NCBI GenBank assembly: GCA_963575745.1
Contig: CAUYUJ010000252.1
Location: forward strand, 62,001-116,295
Length of the DNA: 54,295 nucleotides
Source of the DNA: Prorocentrum cordatum
Taxonomy: Eukaryota
Direction: 5' to 3'
Below, one piece after another: positions 1 through 11,877 of the stretch; the first letter of the stretch is position 1; each line of letters begins with the position of its first letter. The notes beneath the pieces were generated by a model. That model saw nothing but the letters and a program-made list of their open reading frames with translations. It was not told the DNA's origin and searched no databases. A program made the position numbers and the translations under genes.

Positions 1-19
1 CCTTGTCCCGCCGCCTCAG

Positions 20-297
20 GAGGGATCGTCGGACGAGCCGAAGGAGATTGCGTCCATGGCTTGGCAGGGCGGCACGATCGCCCTGGCTCCGAACGGCGTT
101 GCCGAGGAGGAGTTCGACGACGAGCCGGAGAGCAACGTGGCGCGGCCGCGCAAGGACGTCACAGTCGGTTGCGTCGCGGTTCAGGGCTGGGAGAAGTGCG
201 AATGGCTGCGGGTGGGCTACTCCTACGGCCGCTACTACGTCCACCTGGGCGAGCGGTCCGCCGAGTCGACCCAGAAGGGGTGGGTGAGGCTCCAGAA
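20..297 (+). CDS. FHA-like/PP2C phosphatase, exon A (internal; gene starts upstream of window), first part of FHA-like domain
   Basis: Acceptor ccgcctcAG at 18-19, GC3-rich open frame ...EWLRVGYSYGRYYVHLGERSAESTQKGWVRLQK, GC donor at 298. Joins in frame (AA|G) to the exon at 1171. Confidence 0.75.
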
Positions 298-1170
298 GCA
301 GCGGGGCCCCCAGTCGTGCCCACCACGACCGATCGGCCTCCACTGCCCTGGTCTGTGGGTCGGAGCTGGTCCTGCATCGAAGTTGGCGCTGACGTGCTGG
401 CACACCTGACGATGCGGATGGGAAGAGGCCTGCTGGGGAGGATGGGGTGGGGGAGTGGGGGAAGGTGTGGCTTCGCCGTCTCGTCGTGGTGTCGTTTCCT
501 TCTTCTCCCTCCACGATCGGTTCTCTTTACCTGGCGAGAACTAGTTTGAGGCCCTTGAAGCCTCGAGGGAGGAGCACCAACGGTCTGCACCCTGAAGCCT
601 GGGACTGGAAGGGGGCACTGGACGAGAGGAATGGGGCAGGAGCTGGATTAGGGGCAGAAGGAGGGAGCTGCTCTTCTGGCCGGCCTCTCCATCGGGAGTC
701 GGCCGATCATTGCGGGGCGGGCGGAGAGCACATGCTGTCACCCAGGGCAGGCCGCCCGATCGATCCCGCGATTACCTCATCCTCGGCCTCCTCCTGCTCC
801 TCTCACGGCGTCCTCGTCTGTTTCTTGCTGTGTCTTCGTGCTGGCCACCAAGCAGTGGCGAAGCGCCCTGACATGCCTGAAGGCTCACCAGGGAGGGTTC
901 TAAGGCCTTTTGGTGGTTTGCACGAGGGGTTCTCAGAACACTTCTGGCTGGGACAGCCTTGCTTGAGTCAATCGGCTTCATGCTCTAAAACATGGTTTTC
1001 GTCCTCAGGGCGTCCTCTCGCTCTTAGATAAATTCGCGGTTGGCCAGCAGGAATGCCGGGGCGGTCGGGCCCTGCTGAAGGCCAGCTCCGCCGCGGGACC
1101 GAGAGGCCTCGTGAGGCCCGTGGGCCTGCTCCCCTCGGCCCTTCCCTGCGCCGCTGGCCGCTGGCCCGAG

Positions 1171-1285
1171 GCAGAGCCACTGGCTGCAGCCGCACGACTT
1201 CTTCCGCATCGGCGAGCTCGAGTTCTCGGTGATGCGCTTCAACGCCGCGGTGCACTCGGCGCAGGGGTTCCGGGCCACGATGGAG
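1171..1285 (+). CDS. FHA-like/PP2C phosphatase, exon B: end of FHA-like fold plus PP2C motif 1
   Basis: Translates QSHWLQPHDFFRIGELEFSVMRFNAAVHSAQGFRATME. LxxxDxFRIG..EF resembles the final FHA strands; QGxRxTME(D) is PP2C motif 1. AG acceptor 1169-1170, GA donor at 1286. Confidence 0.88.
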
Positions 1286-1377
1286 GACCGCGGGCGCGGC
1301 ACCCCCTCCCCCGGTGGCACCGGCGGGGGGAGCACCCGGTCAGCTCGGCCAGCCTGAGGGGGAGGAGGACGGCCTGG

Positions 1378-1426
1378 GAGAGAGAGAGAAAGAGAGATAG
1401 AGAGAGAAGGAGAGAGAGCGACAGAG

Positions 1427-1483
<57 letters not shown>

Positions 1484-1500
1484 AGAAGAGAGCGAGAGAG
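1378..1500. repeat. (GA)n microsatellite
   Basis: Direct reading. Confidence 0.95.
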
Positions 1501-1887
1501 GAGCGGGAAGGGAGCCGAGGAGGCGTCGAGGGAGGGAGAGGGAGGGGCGGAGGGGGGAGAGGAGGAGGGGGGGGATGGGGGGGAGGGAAATAGGGAAAAA
1601 GGTGGCAGGGGTGCGGCGCTGCTCCTGCCCGCCGTCCTCCGCGCCGGCCGCGCTCTGCGGAGGCGGGAGGGGGCACGACGGAGCGCCAGAGGGAGCAGAG
1701 GTGTGCGCGCGTGGATTTTCACGGGGCTCGGGCGTGTGGTGGTGGTGGCCATCAGTGGTTGGTGCCTCCGTCCTCCTGTGCTGCGGGGGAAAAAAAGGAG
1801 AAGAGCGTCTGCTTGCCCTCTGGGCCACAACTCGCGTCATGCCGCGGGCATTCGCAACCCGCCTTCACCCCCCCATAACGTAACGTT

Positions 1888-1920
1888 CCCCCCCCCCCCC
1901 CCTCCCATCCCCCCCCCCCC

Positions 1921-1964
<44 letters not shown>

Positions 1965-2193
1965 CCCCCCCCGCCCCCCCCCCTCCACCACCCCCTCCCC
2001 CCCGCCCCCCCCCCTCCCCCCCCCCCCCCCCCCCCCCACCCCCCCCCCCCCCCCCCCCCCCCTCCTCCCCCCACCCCCCCCCCCCCCCACCCCCCACCCC
2101 TCCCCACCCCCCCCCCCCCCCACCCCTCCACCCCCCCCCCCCCCGCCCAACCCCCCCCCCCCCCCCCCCCCCCCCTCCCCCCCCCCCCCCCCC
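1888..2193. repeat. Poly-C-rich tract
   Basis: About 300 bp almost entirely C. Confidence 0.9.
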
Positions 2194-4509
2194 TCAGTTC
2201 GTCCCCGGCACTGCCGCAGTGCGTCCGGCACCACAGTCTGGGGGGGCGGGCGCTACGTTGTGCCCTCTCCCGCCCCCCCCCTCACCCCCCCATAACGCCC
2301 GTCCTGGCCGCGAAGTGAAGAGTGCGCTCGAGCAGAGATGCGTCGTCGAACCACCTGGTGGCGTCTGTGCGGCTCGACGCCGGCGTTCCCCTCTCCTCAG
2401 GAGGGGAAGAAACACACAGACACAATGAATCGTCGACTCCCCAGAAAATATGGGAAAATATGGGAAGTGGGGGGGAAGACAAAAACCCAGAAAACATGAG
2501 AAAATATGGGGAATATTTTTATTTGTGTGTATTTATTTGTGTGTCCCAGGGCCCCTTCATCTCCGACCGCTCGACGTGGCTCCTGGCCAACCCTGCGGTC
2601 GCCCCGAGCCATGCCTTGCCCCAGCCATGCTCCTGAAGCTCTCAGGGAGCCGGCCCAGCCTCGGCCTCCTGCAGCACGCGCAGGGCCGGCCCAGCGCGCC
2701 GTCCAGGTTTTGACCGAGAGCGTCTCGTCACGGACCTTCGAGCCCAGATCCTCGAGCCTCGATCCTGGCAGGGATGCTGCTCGACCCTCAAGAGCCGAGG
2801 GAAAACCGACAGTTTGGACCCGCCAAGGGGGGGAGGGGAACATTGACCTGGATTCGGCGATGCAGCGCCGATCGATCAGCTCTTGCACCACGCCCTGGGT
2901 GCGCAGGCGGAACTTCTGCCAGTCAGAGCTCCTGCTGGGCTGTCCTGACGGGCCCGCTCGCCGAGCGGCCGCCCACCAGTGCGCGGAGGGCCCGGATGAA
3001 GAGCTGAGCCCTGCCGCGCGCCAGTCGGAGCAAGACCCGCGGGAGGAGGAGGAGAAGGAGGAGAAGGAGGGAGGAGGAGGAGGAGGAGGAGGAGGAGGAG
3101 GAGGGGGAGGAGGAGGAGGAGGAGGAGGAGGAGGAGGAGGAGGAGGAGGAGGAGGAGGAGGAGAGCGAGCCCAAGCCAGCGGCTAGAGCAGGGACTCCAG
3201 CTGCGACTCCGTCGGTGGCGAGAAGGCTGGTACTTGCCCGAGCGGCCCTGTGCTGGGAATTGGTCTGAAGCCTCAGGGGGAGCTGCGGAGGGAATGTGCG
3301 AGCAGGCCCGGCTCCGATCCGTGGCGTGGCCATCTGCAGTCCGCATTTTGCATGGCCATCACCCCCAGCGAAGTGACAGAATGGGCGCTCGACTTCTTCA
3401 TTCGCGTGTGATCCTGCACGGTTTTCGTTTCTTAGGGGTGGATCTCTTCTGTGGCCTCTCTCTACTTGCACTCTTGCTCGCGTTCGTAACAGCATTCGGC
3501 GTGGGCATTTTGAGCCTTCGGCACGTCGAGCAGTTTCTTCGGGACGGGGCCCATTTGGCCATCTGCCTTTCCTTCTTCTCTTGGCGTCCCCTCTTCTTTC
3601 TGCTCTCGGCCATTCCACTGTCTGAGTGCCCCTCTCCTCTCTCCCCTGATACTGCCGTGTGGACCTGCCCCCCTCCCGCTCCAGGTTCCTTTCCGCCTCC
3701 TTGATGTCCTAGGTCTTCTTCGACAACGTTGCCCTTTCGGGGCCCACCTACTCATCGATCTTCGATGCTGCGAATCGAAGGGGGCTCTGGTCGTCCCCCG
3801 CTTCCCTTTTCTTCTCAATGCAGTTTTGCTGGACTCTCTCGAGGAAGGGGTTTCAAGTGGGTCGCGCGTCGCTATTGGGGCGAACACTTAGGGGCGCGAG
3901 GGGGAGGACACGGCACTGCGATAAGGATGAAGTGAACGCATGTACTTGATCCTTGTTTTTGTTTCCGTTCCCGACTCAAATGTCTTCGCTCATCAGTCCA
4001 ATGTTTTCTCTCTCTCTCTCTCTCTCTATCTCTGTCGTCGTCCTTAGCAAAAACGATCTCAGAAGACGGGGCACGCCAAGGGGAATCATACGAGGCGGAT
4101 GACACAGACAAGTAATGGTGAAGGTGGGGTGATTTGGATGGCGACGGTGACTCATGGCGGTGGTTTTAATTTGCTTGCTTGGAAAAGAGGACGTAGTCGG
4201 GCGCTGAAGACTCGGAGCCGACCATTAGATGCCAGGCGGGCCAAGTCGGTTCTCGAATGCACAATCAGATTGTTGTCTGTCGCGGCCTCCCTGCGGTCTC
4301 GCGCGCCCTCCCTGGAGGAGGAAACGATCGGGCAGCCAGTACGGATGGGACTGAAGCGGCATCGGTTGTGCTGGCGGAGTGTGAAAGGGATCCCTACCAG
4401 ACGACATGGATCTCCGAAGGCCGCCGGGGTCTGGCGCGCCCTCCCTGGAGGGGCAAGGCGTGGGGCTGAACCGGCACTGGTGGGGCTGAACCGGTACAAG
4501 TGGGGATGG

Positions 4510-5008
4510 CGGAGGAGGAGGATGAGGAGGAGGAGGAGGAGGAGGAGTAGAAGGAGGAGGAGGAGGAGAAGGAAGAGGAGAGGAGAAGACAAGAGGGGAG
4601 GAGAGGAGGAGGAGGAGAAGGAGGAGGAGGTGATGGTGATGATGATGATGATGATGATGTGATTGATGATGATGATGTTGATGATGCTGATGATGATGAT
4701 GGATGATGAGATGATGTGATGGGGATGGTGATGGTTGATGGTGATGGTTGCTGATGTTGATGATGATGATGAGAGGTGGAGGAGGAATGAGGAAGGAGAG
4801 GAGGGTGATGATGATGAGGAGGATGAAGAAGTAGATGGAGGAGAGGATGACGAGGAGATGTGGAGGCGGAGGAGAGGGAGGAGAAGGAGGAGAAGGAGGA
4901 GGATGAGGTAGTAGAAGGTGGATGAGGAGGAGGAGGAGGAGGAGGAGGGGTAGACGGATTGTTGAATGATTAAGTGATGATGGATGGATGATGATGATGA
5001 TGGATGTG

Positions 5009-5039
<31 letters not shown>

Positions 5040-5213
5040 GGAGGAGGAGGAGCAGGAGCAGTGAGGATGAGGAGGAGGGAGGAGGAGGAGGGTTGATGGA
5101 TGAGGAGAAAGAGTAGGAGGAGGAGCAGTGGAGGATGAGGAGAAGGAGGTGGAGGAGGAGAAGCAGGATGAGGAGGAGGATGTGAGGTGGAGGAGATAGA
5201 AGGAGTAGTTGAA

Positions 5214-5244
<31 letters not shown>

Positions 5245-5585
5245 GGAGGAGGAGTGGAGAAGGTGAGGAGGAGGAAGGAGGATGGAGGAGGGTAGCAGGA
5301 GGAGGGGAGTAGATGGAGGAAGGAGCAGGACGGAGAGGAGGAGGAGGAGTCGGAGGAAGGGATGAGGAGTAGAAGGAGTAGGAGGAGGAGGAGGATGCGG
5401 AGGAGGAGGAGAAGGATGGAGGAGGAGGAGGAGGAAGCGGAGGAGGAGGAGAAGGAGGAGGAGGAGGATGGAGGAGGAGGAGGAGAAGGAGTAGGAGGAA
5501 AAGAAGGAGGAGGAGGAGGAGGAAGAAGAAACAGAAGAGGAGGAGGAGGAGAAGGAGGAGGAGGAGGAGGAAGAGGAGGAGGTGG
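4510..5585. repeat. (GAG)n/(GAT)n compound microsatellite
   Basis: Direct reading. Confidence 0.92.
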
Positions 5586-6149
5586 AGTGGGAGGACGCGA
5601 TGTCCCTGATATGCCGCACAGGATTCCACGCTGCCTGCCGCGGCCTGTGGCGGCCTCCCTCGCGGCCGCCCCTGCGGCCTGGCGCGCGCTCTGCCTGGAG
5701 GGATATGCGTTGGGGCAAGCGGTGCGGCAGTCGTCCAGCGATGGGTTTCCCATACTTCGGAATTATGGGGAACCTGGAGTCACCACAAAAAACAGGTTTT
5801 TTCGTGGCGGTACTGGACTTGGCGGGGTGGGAAGGGACGATCCCCGATTCATGACAGGGTTGTGCGATGGCTGGCGCGGTCTGTCGCGGCCTCTCCCTGC
5901 GGTCTTGCGCGCTCTTTCTGGGGTGGCAAACGATGGGGCAAACGGTGCTGGCGGTACTGAATCGGCACCTGTGGGGTTGGTGGAACGGGACGGGAACGGG
6001 CCCTGGTACACATGCTGGGATCTTCCGATGCCCGCCGCGGCCTGGAGGGTCTGGCAACAGGAAGAGCGCATGGGGCTAAGGAGGCTGAGAAAGAGGACGA
6101 GGAGGAGAAGGAGTTGGATGCGGAGACGGAGGAGGCGCACGGTGGAACA

Positions 6150-6959
6150 TGTAATGAGGAGGAGGAGGATGAGGATGATGAGGGGGAGACGGAAGAGAAG
6201 GAACCTGAAATGATGATGATGACATGAGGGGGAGGAAGAGGATGAGGACGAGAAGGAGGATGGGGACGATGATACTGTGGATGACGATGATGTTGATGAT
6301 GCTGATGATGATGATGTTGATGATGGTGATGGTGATGCTGAAGACGATGATGATGAGGATGCTGCTGATGATGTTGCTGATGCTGCTGGTGATCGTGGTG
6401 GCGATGATGGTGGTGATGTCGATACTGGTGATGCTGCTGCTAATGATGATGACGATGACGATGACGATGGCGATGATGATGATGAGGATGCTGATGATGA
6501 GGATGCTGATGATGACGATGATGCTGATGATGCAGCTGATGATGATGATGATGATGATGATGATGCTGATCATCATGATGATGAGGATGCTGATGATGAT
6601 GATGATGATGATGATGGTGATGCTGCTGATGATGATGATGATGCTGATGATGATGACGATGATGATGATGATGATGGTGACTATCATGATGATGCTGATG
6701 CTGATGCGGATGCTGATTATGCTGATGCTCATTATGATGATGGTGATTATGGTGATGATGAGGATGCTGGTCCTGCTGCTGGTGATGATGAGGAGGATGA
6801 GGATGGTGAGGATGCTGATGATGAGGAGGATGATGATGAGGATGATGAGGGGGAGGAGGAGGATGAGGAGGATGAGGAGAATGAGGATGAGGATGAGGAT
6901 GACGAGGACGATGAGGACGATGAGGATGAGGATGAGGACGAGGATGAGGATGTTGATGC

Positions 6960-7002
<43 letters not shown>

Positions 7003-7410
7003 CATGATGATGATGATGCTGATGATGATGATGATGAGGAGGAGGAGGATGATGATGATGGTGATGCTGATGCTGCTGATTGTAATGACGCTGATGATGC
7101 TGGTGCTGATGATGATGGTCATGAAGATGAGGATGACGATGCGGATGAGGATGATGATGACGACGACGATGATGACGCTTCTGCTGATGATGATGAGTTT
7201 GATGATGCTGATTCTGATGATCATGATGCTGTTGACGATGATGATAATGATGATGCTGCTGATGGTAATGATGACGGTGATGCAGAGGATGAGGATGAGG
7301 AAGAGGATGTTGATTATGATACTGATGCTGCTAATGATGATACTGCTGATGATGATGGTGCTGATGATGATGATGATGAGGAGGAGGAGGAGGAGGAGGA
7401 GGAGGATGAG
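6150..7410. repeat. (GAT)n/(GAG)n microsatellite
   Basis: Direct reading; source of poly-D/M/I pseudo-ORFs. Confidence 0.95.
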
Positions 7411-7637
7411 TTGGGGCTGGTCTTAGAAAGCAGGTGTCCCGGGCAGGATGCGGGGAAAATAGGGCCCCGCTCTGATCCGGTCTGAGCTTCATTCCGTCCT
7501 TTCAACTTCCATCTCCACCCGAGCCCCCTTCCGCGCGACTGTAGATTCTGCTTCAGCTTGCCACGGCCATGCTTGGCGTGGTGCGCTGGCGCCTTCGTCA
7601 AGCGCTAGCCTCGCTCGTGGCCCCGAGTCTGGGGCGC

Positions 7638-9500
7638 TCTTCCTCCTCCTCCTCCTCCTCCTCCTCCTCCTGCCTCGCCCTCCTCCTCCACCACCCTCCT
7701 CCTCCTCCTCCTCCTCCTCCTCCTCCTCATCCCCCTCCTCGTGTTCCTTCTCCTCCTCGTCTTCCTTCTCCTTCTCCTCCTCCTCCTCCTCCTCCTCCTC
7801 GTGTTTCTTTTTTTACGCTTGTCGTCTCCTAGTTTTCCTCCTCGTTTTTCTCCTCCTCCTTCTCCTCCTCCTTGTCTTCCTCCTCCTCCTTCTCGCCTTC
7901 CTCCTCCTCCTCCTCCTCGTCCTCCTTCCTCTCCTCCTCATTTCCTTCACTCCTCTTCCCCTCTCCTCGCATTTCCTTTCTTACGGCTTGTCCTCTCCTC
8001 TTTTTCTCCTTCTCCTACTCGTCTTCATCATCCTGTCCTCTCATCCTCTTGTTCTTCCTTCCTCCTCCTCCTCGTCTTCTTTCTTCTCCTCGTCTTTCTT
8101 CTCCTCGTCCTCCTCCTCCTCCTCCTCTTCCTCCTCCTCATCCTCTTTGTCCTCCTCCTCCTCCTCCTCCCCCTCCACCTCGCTTTCCTTTCGTACGCTT
8201 GTTTTCTCCTCGTCTTCCTCCGCCTCCTCGTCTTTATCCCTCTCCTCCTTACCCTCTTCCTCCTCCTCCTCCTCCTCGTCTTCCTCCTCCTCCTCCTCGT
8301 CTTCCTTCTCTTCCTTCTCTTCCTCCTCCTTCTTCGCCTCATCTTCCTCCTTCTCCTCCTTCTCCTTCTCCTCGCTTTTCTTTCTTACGGTTGTCTTCTT
8401 CTCGTTTTCTTCTTCCTCGTCTTCGTCTTCCTTCTTTTTTTGTGTGTTTATTTTTTTTTTGTTTTTGTTTTATGTTTTTTTTTTTTTTTGTTTTTTTTTT
8501 TTTGTGTTTTTTTTTTCTATTTTTTTAGTTTTTTATCGTTTTTGTTTATTTTTTTAGCGATTGTTTTTTTTTTTTTTTTTTTTTTTATTTTTTTTCTTTT
8601 TTTTTTTTTTTTTTTATTTCTTTTTATTATTGTTTTTATTTTTTTCTTTAGTTTTTTCTGTATTTGATCTTTTTTTTTTTTTTTTTTTTTTTCTTTCTTT
8701 TCTTATTTTTTTTGTTTTTTATATTTTTTTTTTTTTTTTTTTTTTACTTTATCTTTTTTTTTTTCTTTTCTTTTCTATCCTCGCCTCCTCCTCGTCTTTC
8801 CTATCCTCCTCCTGGTTTTCCTTCTCCTCCTCTCGTCTTCCTTTCCTCCTCTTGTCTTCTCTCCTCTCGTCTCATCCTCATTCATCATTCTTCTCCTCAC
8901 CTTATCGTCTTCCTATTCCTTGTATTCTCCTCGTTTGTTCTCCCTCTCCCCATCTTTCCTCCTCCCCTCCCCCTCGTATTCCTCCTCTCCTTTCCTTCTC
9001 GGCTTCCTCCTCTCATTCCTCCTCATCGTCTTCCTACTCCCCTCCTCCTCATCCTCCTCCCCCTCCTCCTCCTCGCTTTCCTTTCTTACGCTTGTCTTGT
9101 CCTTGTTTTCCTCCTCGTTCTCCTCCTCCTCTTCATCCTCCTACTCTTCCTCCTCTTCGTCGTCTTCCTTCGTCTCCTCGTCTTCCTTCTCCTCCTCCTC
9201 CTCCTCCTCGTCTTCGTCTTCCTCACATCCTTCTCCTCCTCGTCTTCCTTCTCCTCCTCCTTCTTTTTCTCCTCCTTCTCTTCCCCCTCCTCCTCGCTTT
9301 TCTTTCTTCCGCTTGTCTTCTCTCCGTTCTCCTCGTCCTCCTCGTCTTCCTCCTCCTCATTCTCCTCCTCCTCCTCCTCCTCCTCCTCGTCCTCCTCCTC
9401 CTCGTTCTCCTCATCCTCGTCTTCCTTCTCCTCCTCCTCGTCTTCCTTCTCCTCCTCGTCTTCCTCCTCCTCCTCCTCCTGTTCCTTCTCCTCCTTCTCC
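7638..9500. repeat. (CCT)n pyrimidine tract with central T-rich block (~8435-8775)
   Basis: Direct reading; ends at the exon C acceptor. Confidence 0.92.
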
Positions 9501-9511
9501 TGGCTCGCGAG

Positions 9512-9593
9512 GACGAGGACATCGTGCTGCAGGACCTGGCCACGTCCTGCTGGCGGAACTGCTCGTACTTCGGCATCTACGATGGCCACGGCG
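9512..9593 (+). CDS. PP2C exon C: motif 2 (DGHGG)
   Basis: DEDIVLQDLATSCWRNCSYFGIYDGHG(G). Completes MED across the intron. AG acceptor 9510-9511, GC donor at 9594, phase 1. Confidence 0.92.
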
Positions 9594-11250
9594 GCCGCGG
9601 CCACGGCGGCCGCGCGCCGGCGGGGGGGCTGCCGGATGGAGGCAGCGGTCTCGACTACACGTAAGAGTGACCCTTCGCCGGAGTGACCTATGGTGCTGGC
9701 CCAAAGGGGGTCGGGTGATTTTTCTTTTGGGATGAGCTCGACCTCGCGTCGGCACCCGCATCGCGCGATTGCGCTCGCATCTGATCGCGCCAGGTTCGGG
9801 CCCACCCATTACAATCGACAGCAACGCATACGCGTCGCACCCAACAGTTTACATTGGTTACCCGGGGGGGGGGCCGGTCGACCAGACGGCGCGTTGTCCG
9901 TCCGGCCCAGGACCAATCCCGAATTACAGCCCAAATCCGAAAACGTCTGGCTTGAATATCTTGGGATATCTTTGGATATCTTTGGATGTCTTTGAGTATC
10001 TTTGAGTATCTTTTAGTATCTCCGAATATTTTGGAATATGTTTGAATCTTTTGCGAATCAATGGGGTCTTTACTGTTATCAGTTACCAACGGATATTCAA
10101 ACATGTTCCAAACTCTCGGATGGGGCCGGTTTTGGCCATGACGACGGGCCTGGTCAGACGTCATGCAGCCCGGCAGTGCCAGACCTCCTCGCGGTGCCCC
10201 CCAGCAGCGTCTGCTTTCGCAGCGCGTTCGAAGTGCCATTCGGGGCGCTCGAATTCAATCGGCGGAATTCCGCGGTTGCCCGCTGGCACACAAAATGTTT
10301 CGGGTGGCGCCCCGCCGATCGTTGATGCGGCGCGGCAACGCCGGCTTGCGCGATTGCGGTGGGCTCCCACGGGCGCCCCTGAAACCGCGCACCAAAGGTC
10401 ACTCTAGCCCAGGGCCACTCCTACGCGTAGTCGACGGTCGTCGGCGGACGGGTCAACGCAATGCTAATTTCGAGTCTTCTGACTCGACTCGATTCGATTT
10501 CGATGGATTCCGGCGTCGGGTCGATTCGACTTCGGATGCTGATGAGGGCTCCGGTTTCTCAATGGAGGCCTTGCTACCAGCCTGCCGATTTCCGCCGATT
10601 CGACTTCTCCCGAGTTGGCTGCCGATTTTCGCCGATCCGATTCATGTCGATCGCCGATCGTCTTATCGATTCGATTCTGGGCTCTCCTGCTGGTGCCGCT
10701 ACCCTTGCCTTGTTTCCGCCCTCGTAGGCCTCCTGGGAGACCCTCGCCGCCACGGCTAGATGCGCTTCGACATCCTGGTCACAATGCACCCTGGGAGAGG
10801 TCTGGGGAGAATCGGTATCGGTACTTTTTGGTCCCCCCAGACGGGGGAATATGCCAATGAGCGAAGTGCCAACAGATGGGTATGGCAATGTGCGGGCAGG
10901 CTGACTGACGGATGGGCCAACGGTCACGGAAGCCGTGACCGCATCGTCCACGCGGGCGGATGGGCCAAATGGTAGATGCACTTAAATACCAAGTTCGGTC
11001 CATTCATGCGTGAGGTCGGGTGGCCGCCTCCTCCTCCTCCTTTTCTTCCTCCTTTTCTTCTCCTCCTCCTCGTTCTCCTCCTCCTCCTCCTCATCGTCCT
11101 CCTCCTCCTCCTCTCATTCCGCTGGTCCACCAGCGAGCGAATCTGCTGAGACGTGGCTGTGTTCTGATGGGGCAGGTCTGGGTGCGCGTGGATGGTTCGA
11201 CTCCCGTGCACGCGGCGGTAGGACTACACTCGAAGTGGCTTACAGAGAAC

Positions 11251-11409
11251 GCGCATGTCAGGCCAGCCACAACTGGGCGAGCTGTGGTCCTTACCCCCCC
11301 GGGGGGACCCATCGATTTCGACACCCCTCTCGAGAGATCGTCGATGCGATGGGTTCCCCCAGGGGGGAAAGGACCACAGCTCCCTCAGTTGTGGCTGGTC
11401 GGCATGTGC
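11251..11409. mobile_element. MITE-like palindromic element (~160 bp)
   Basis: Arm ccagccacaactgggcgagctgtggtccttacccccccggggggacccatcg pairs with the reverse complement at ~11347-11398; few mismatches over ~52 bp. Confidence 0.75.
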
Positions 11410-11877
11410 TGGAGTGGGGAATCCTGCTCGCGCGAACCTTTGAGTGGGTCGTGCTGAAGCCGTCGCTTGGGGCCCTCTGGAAGCCCTCTGGGAGTCCTTC
11501 CTCTGGAGCCCTCCTGGGGCTGGCTCCCTCATCCCTTGAGGGCGTGTATCTTGGATGCTCGTCCTTTGGGACCTACCTGGGCCGCCTGAACTCATCTTGC
11601 GGTCGTCTTGAGGCCGCATTGGTGGGGTCGTCTTGAGGTCTGCCGGGTCGCCTGCTGGAGCGCCCGGAGGTCGTCTGAGGTTACCCGAGGGTTGCCTTCG
11701 GGGCGCCCTGGGAGCACCGAAGCCCAGCGGAGCCGCCTTGCCCACCTTTTCGGGGAGGGAGGAGGAATCCTCATTGACGCAAGGCGTCAGGCTGCGTCCA
11801 AGACGCCCCCAGGGCGCCCCCCCAGACTACTCAACGACGGCCCCGAGACGACCCCAGGATGACGCCTCTTGCTACGT

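Noticed and set aside
567..590. GRSTNGL resembling the FHA SxNGT motif
   Set aside because: Lies in the intron between exons A and B, which already join in frame; no supporting context.
1888..2193. Poly-Pro/Gly ORFs and possible G-quadruplex tract
   Set aside because: Near-homopolymer that may be low-quality sequence; cannot support a function.
8435..8775. T-rich block as a retroposon poly-A tail
   Set aside because: Embedded in the CCT tract with no element body; may be a basecalling artefact.
4152..9805. Long ORFs of 300-600 aa (poly-D, M, I, S, P, L, F)
   Set aside because: Translations of trinucleotide microsatellites lying inside an intron of the PP2C gene.
10921..10941. 9-bp hairpin cggtcacgg-aag-ccgtgaccg as a Helitron 3' end or terminator
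   Set aside because: No CTRR end or U-tract follows; insufficient support.
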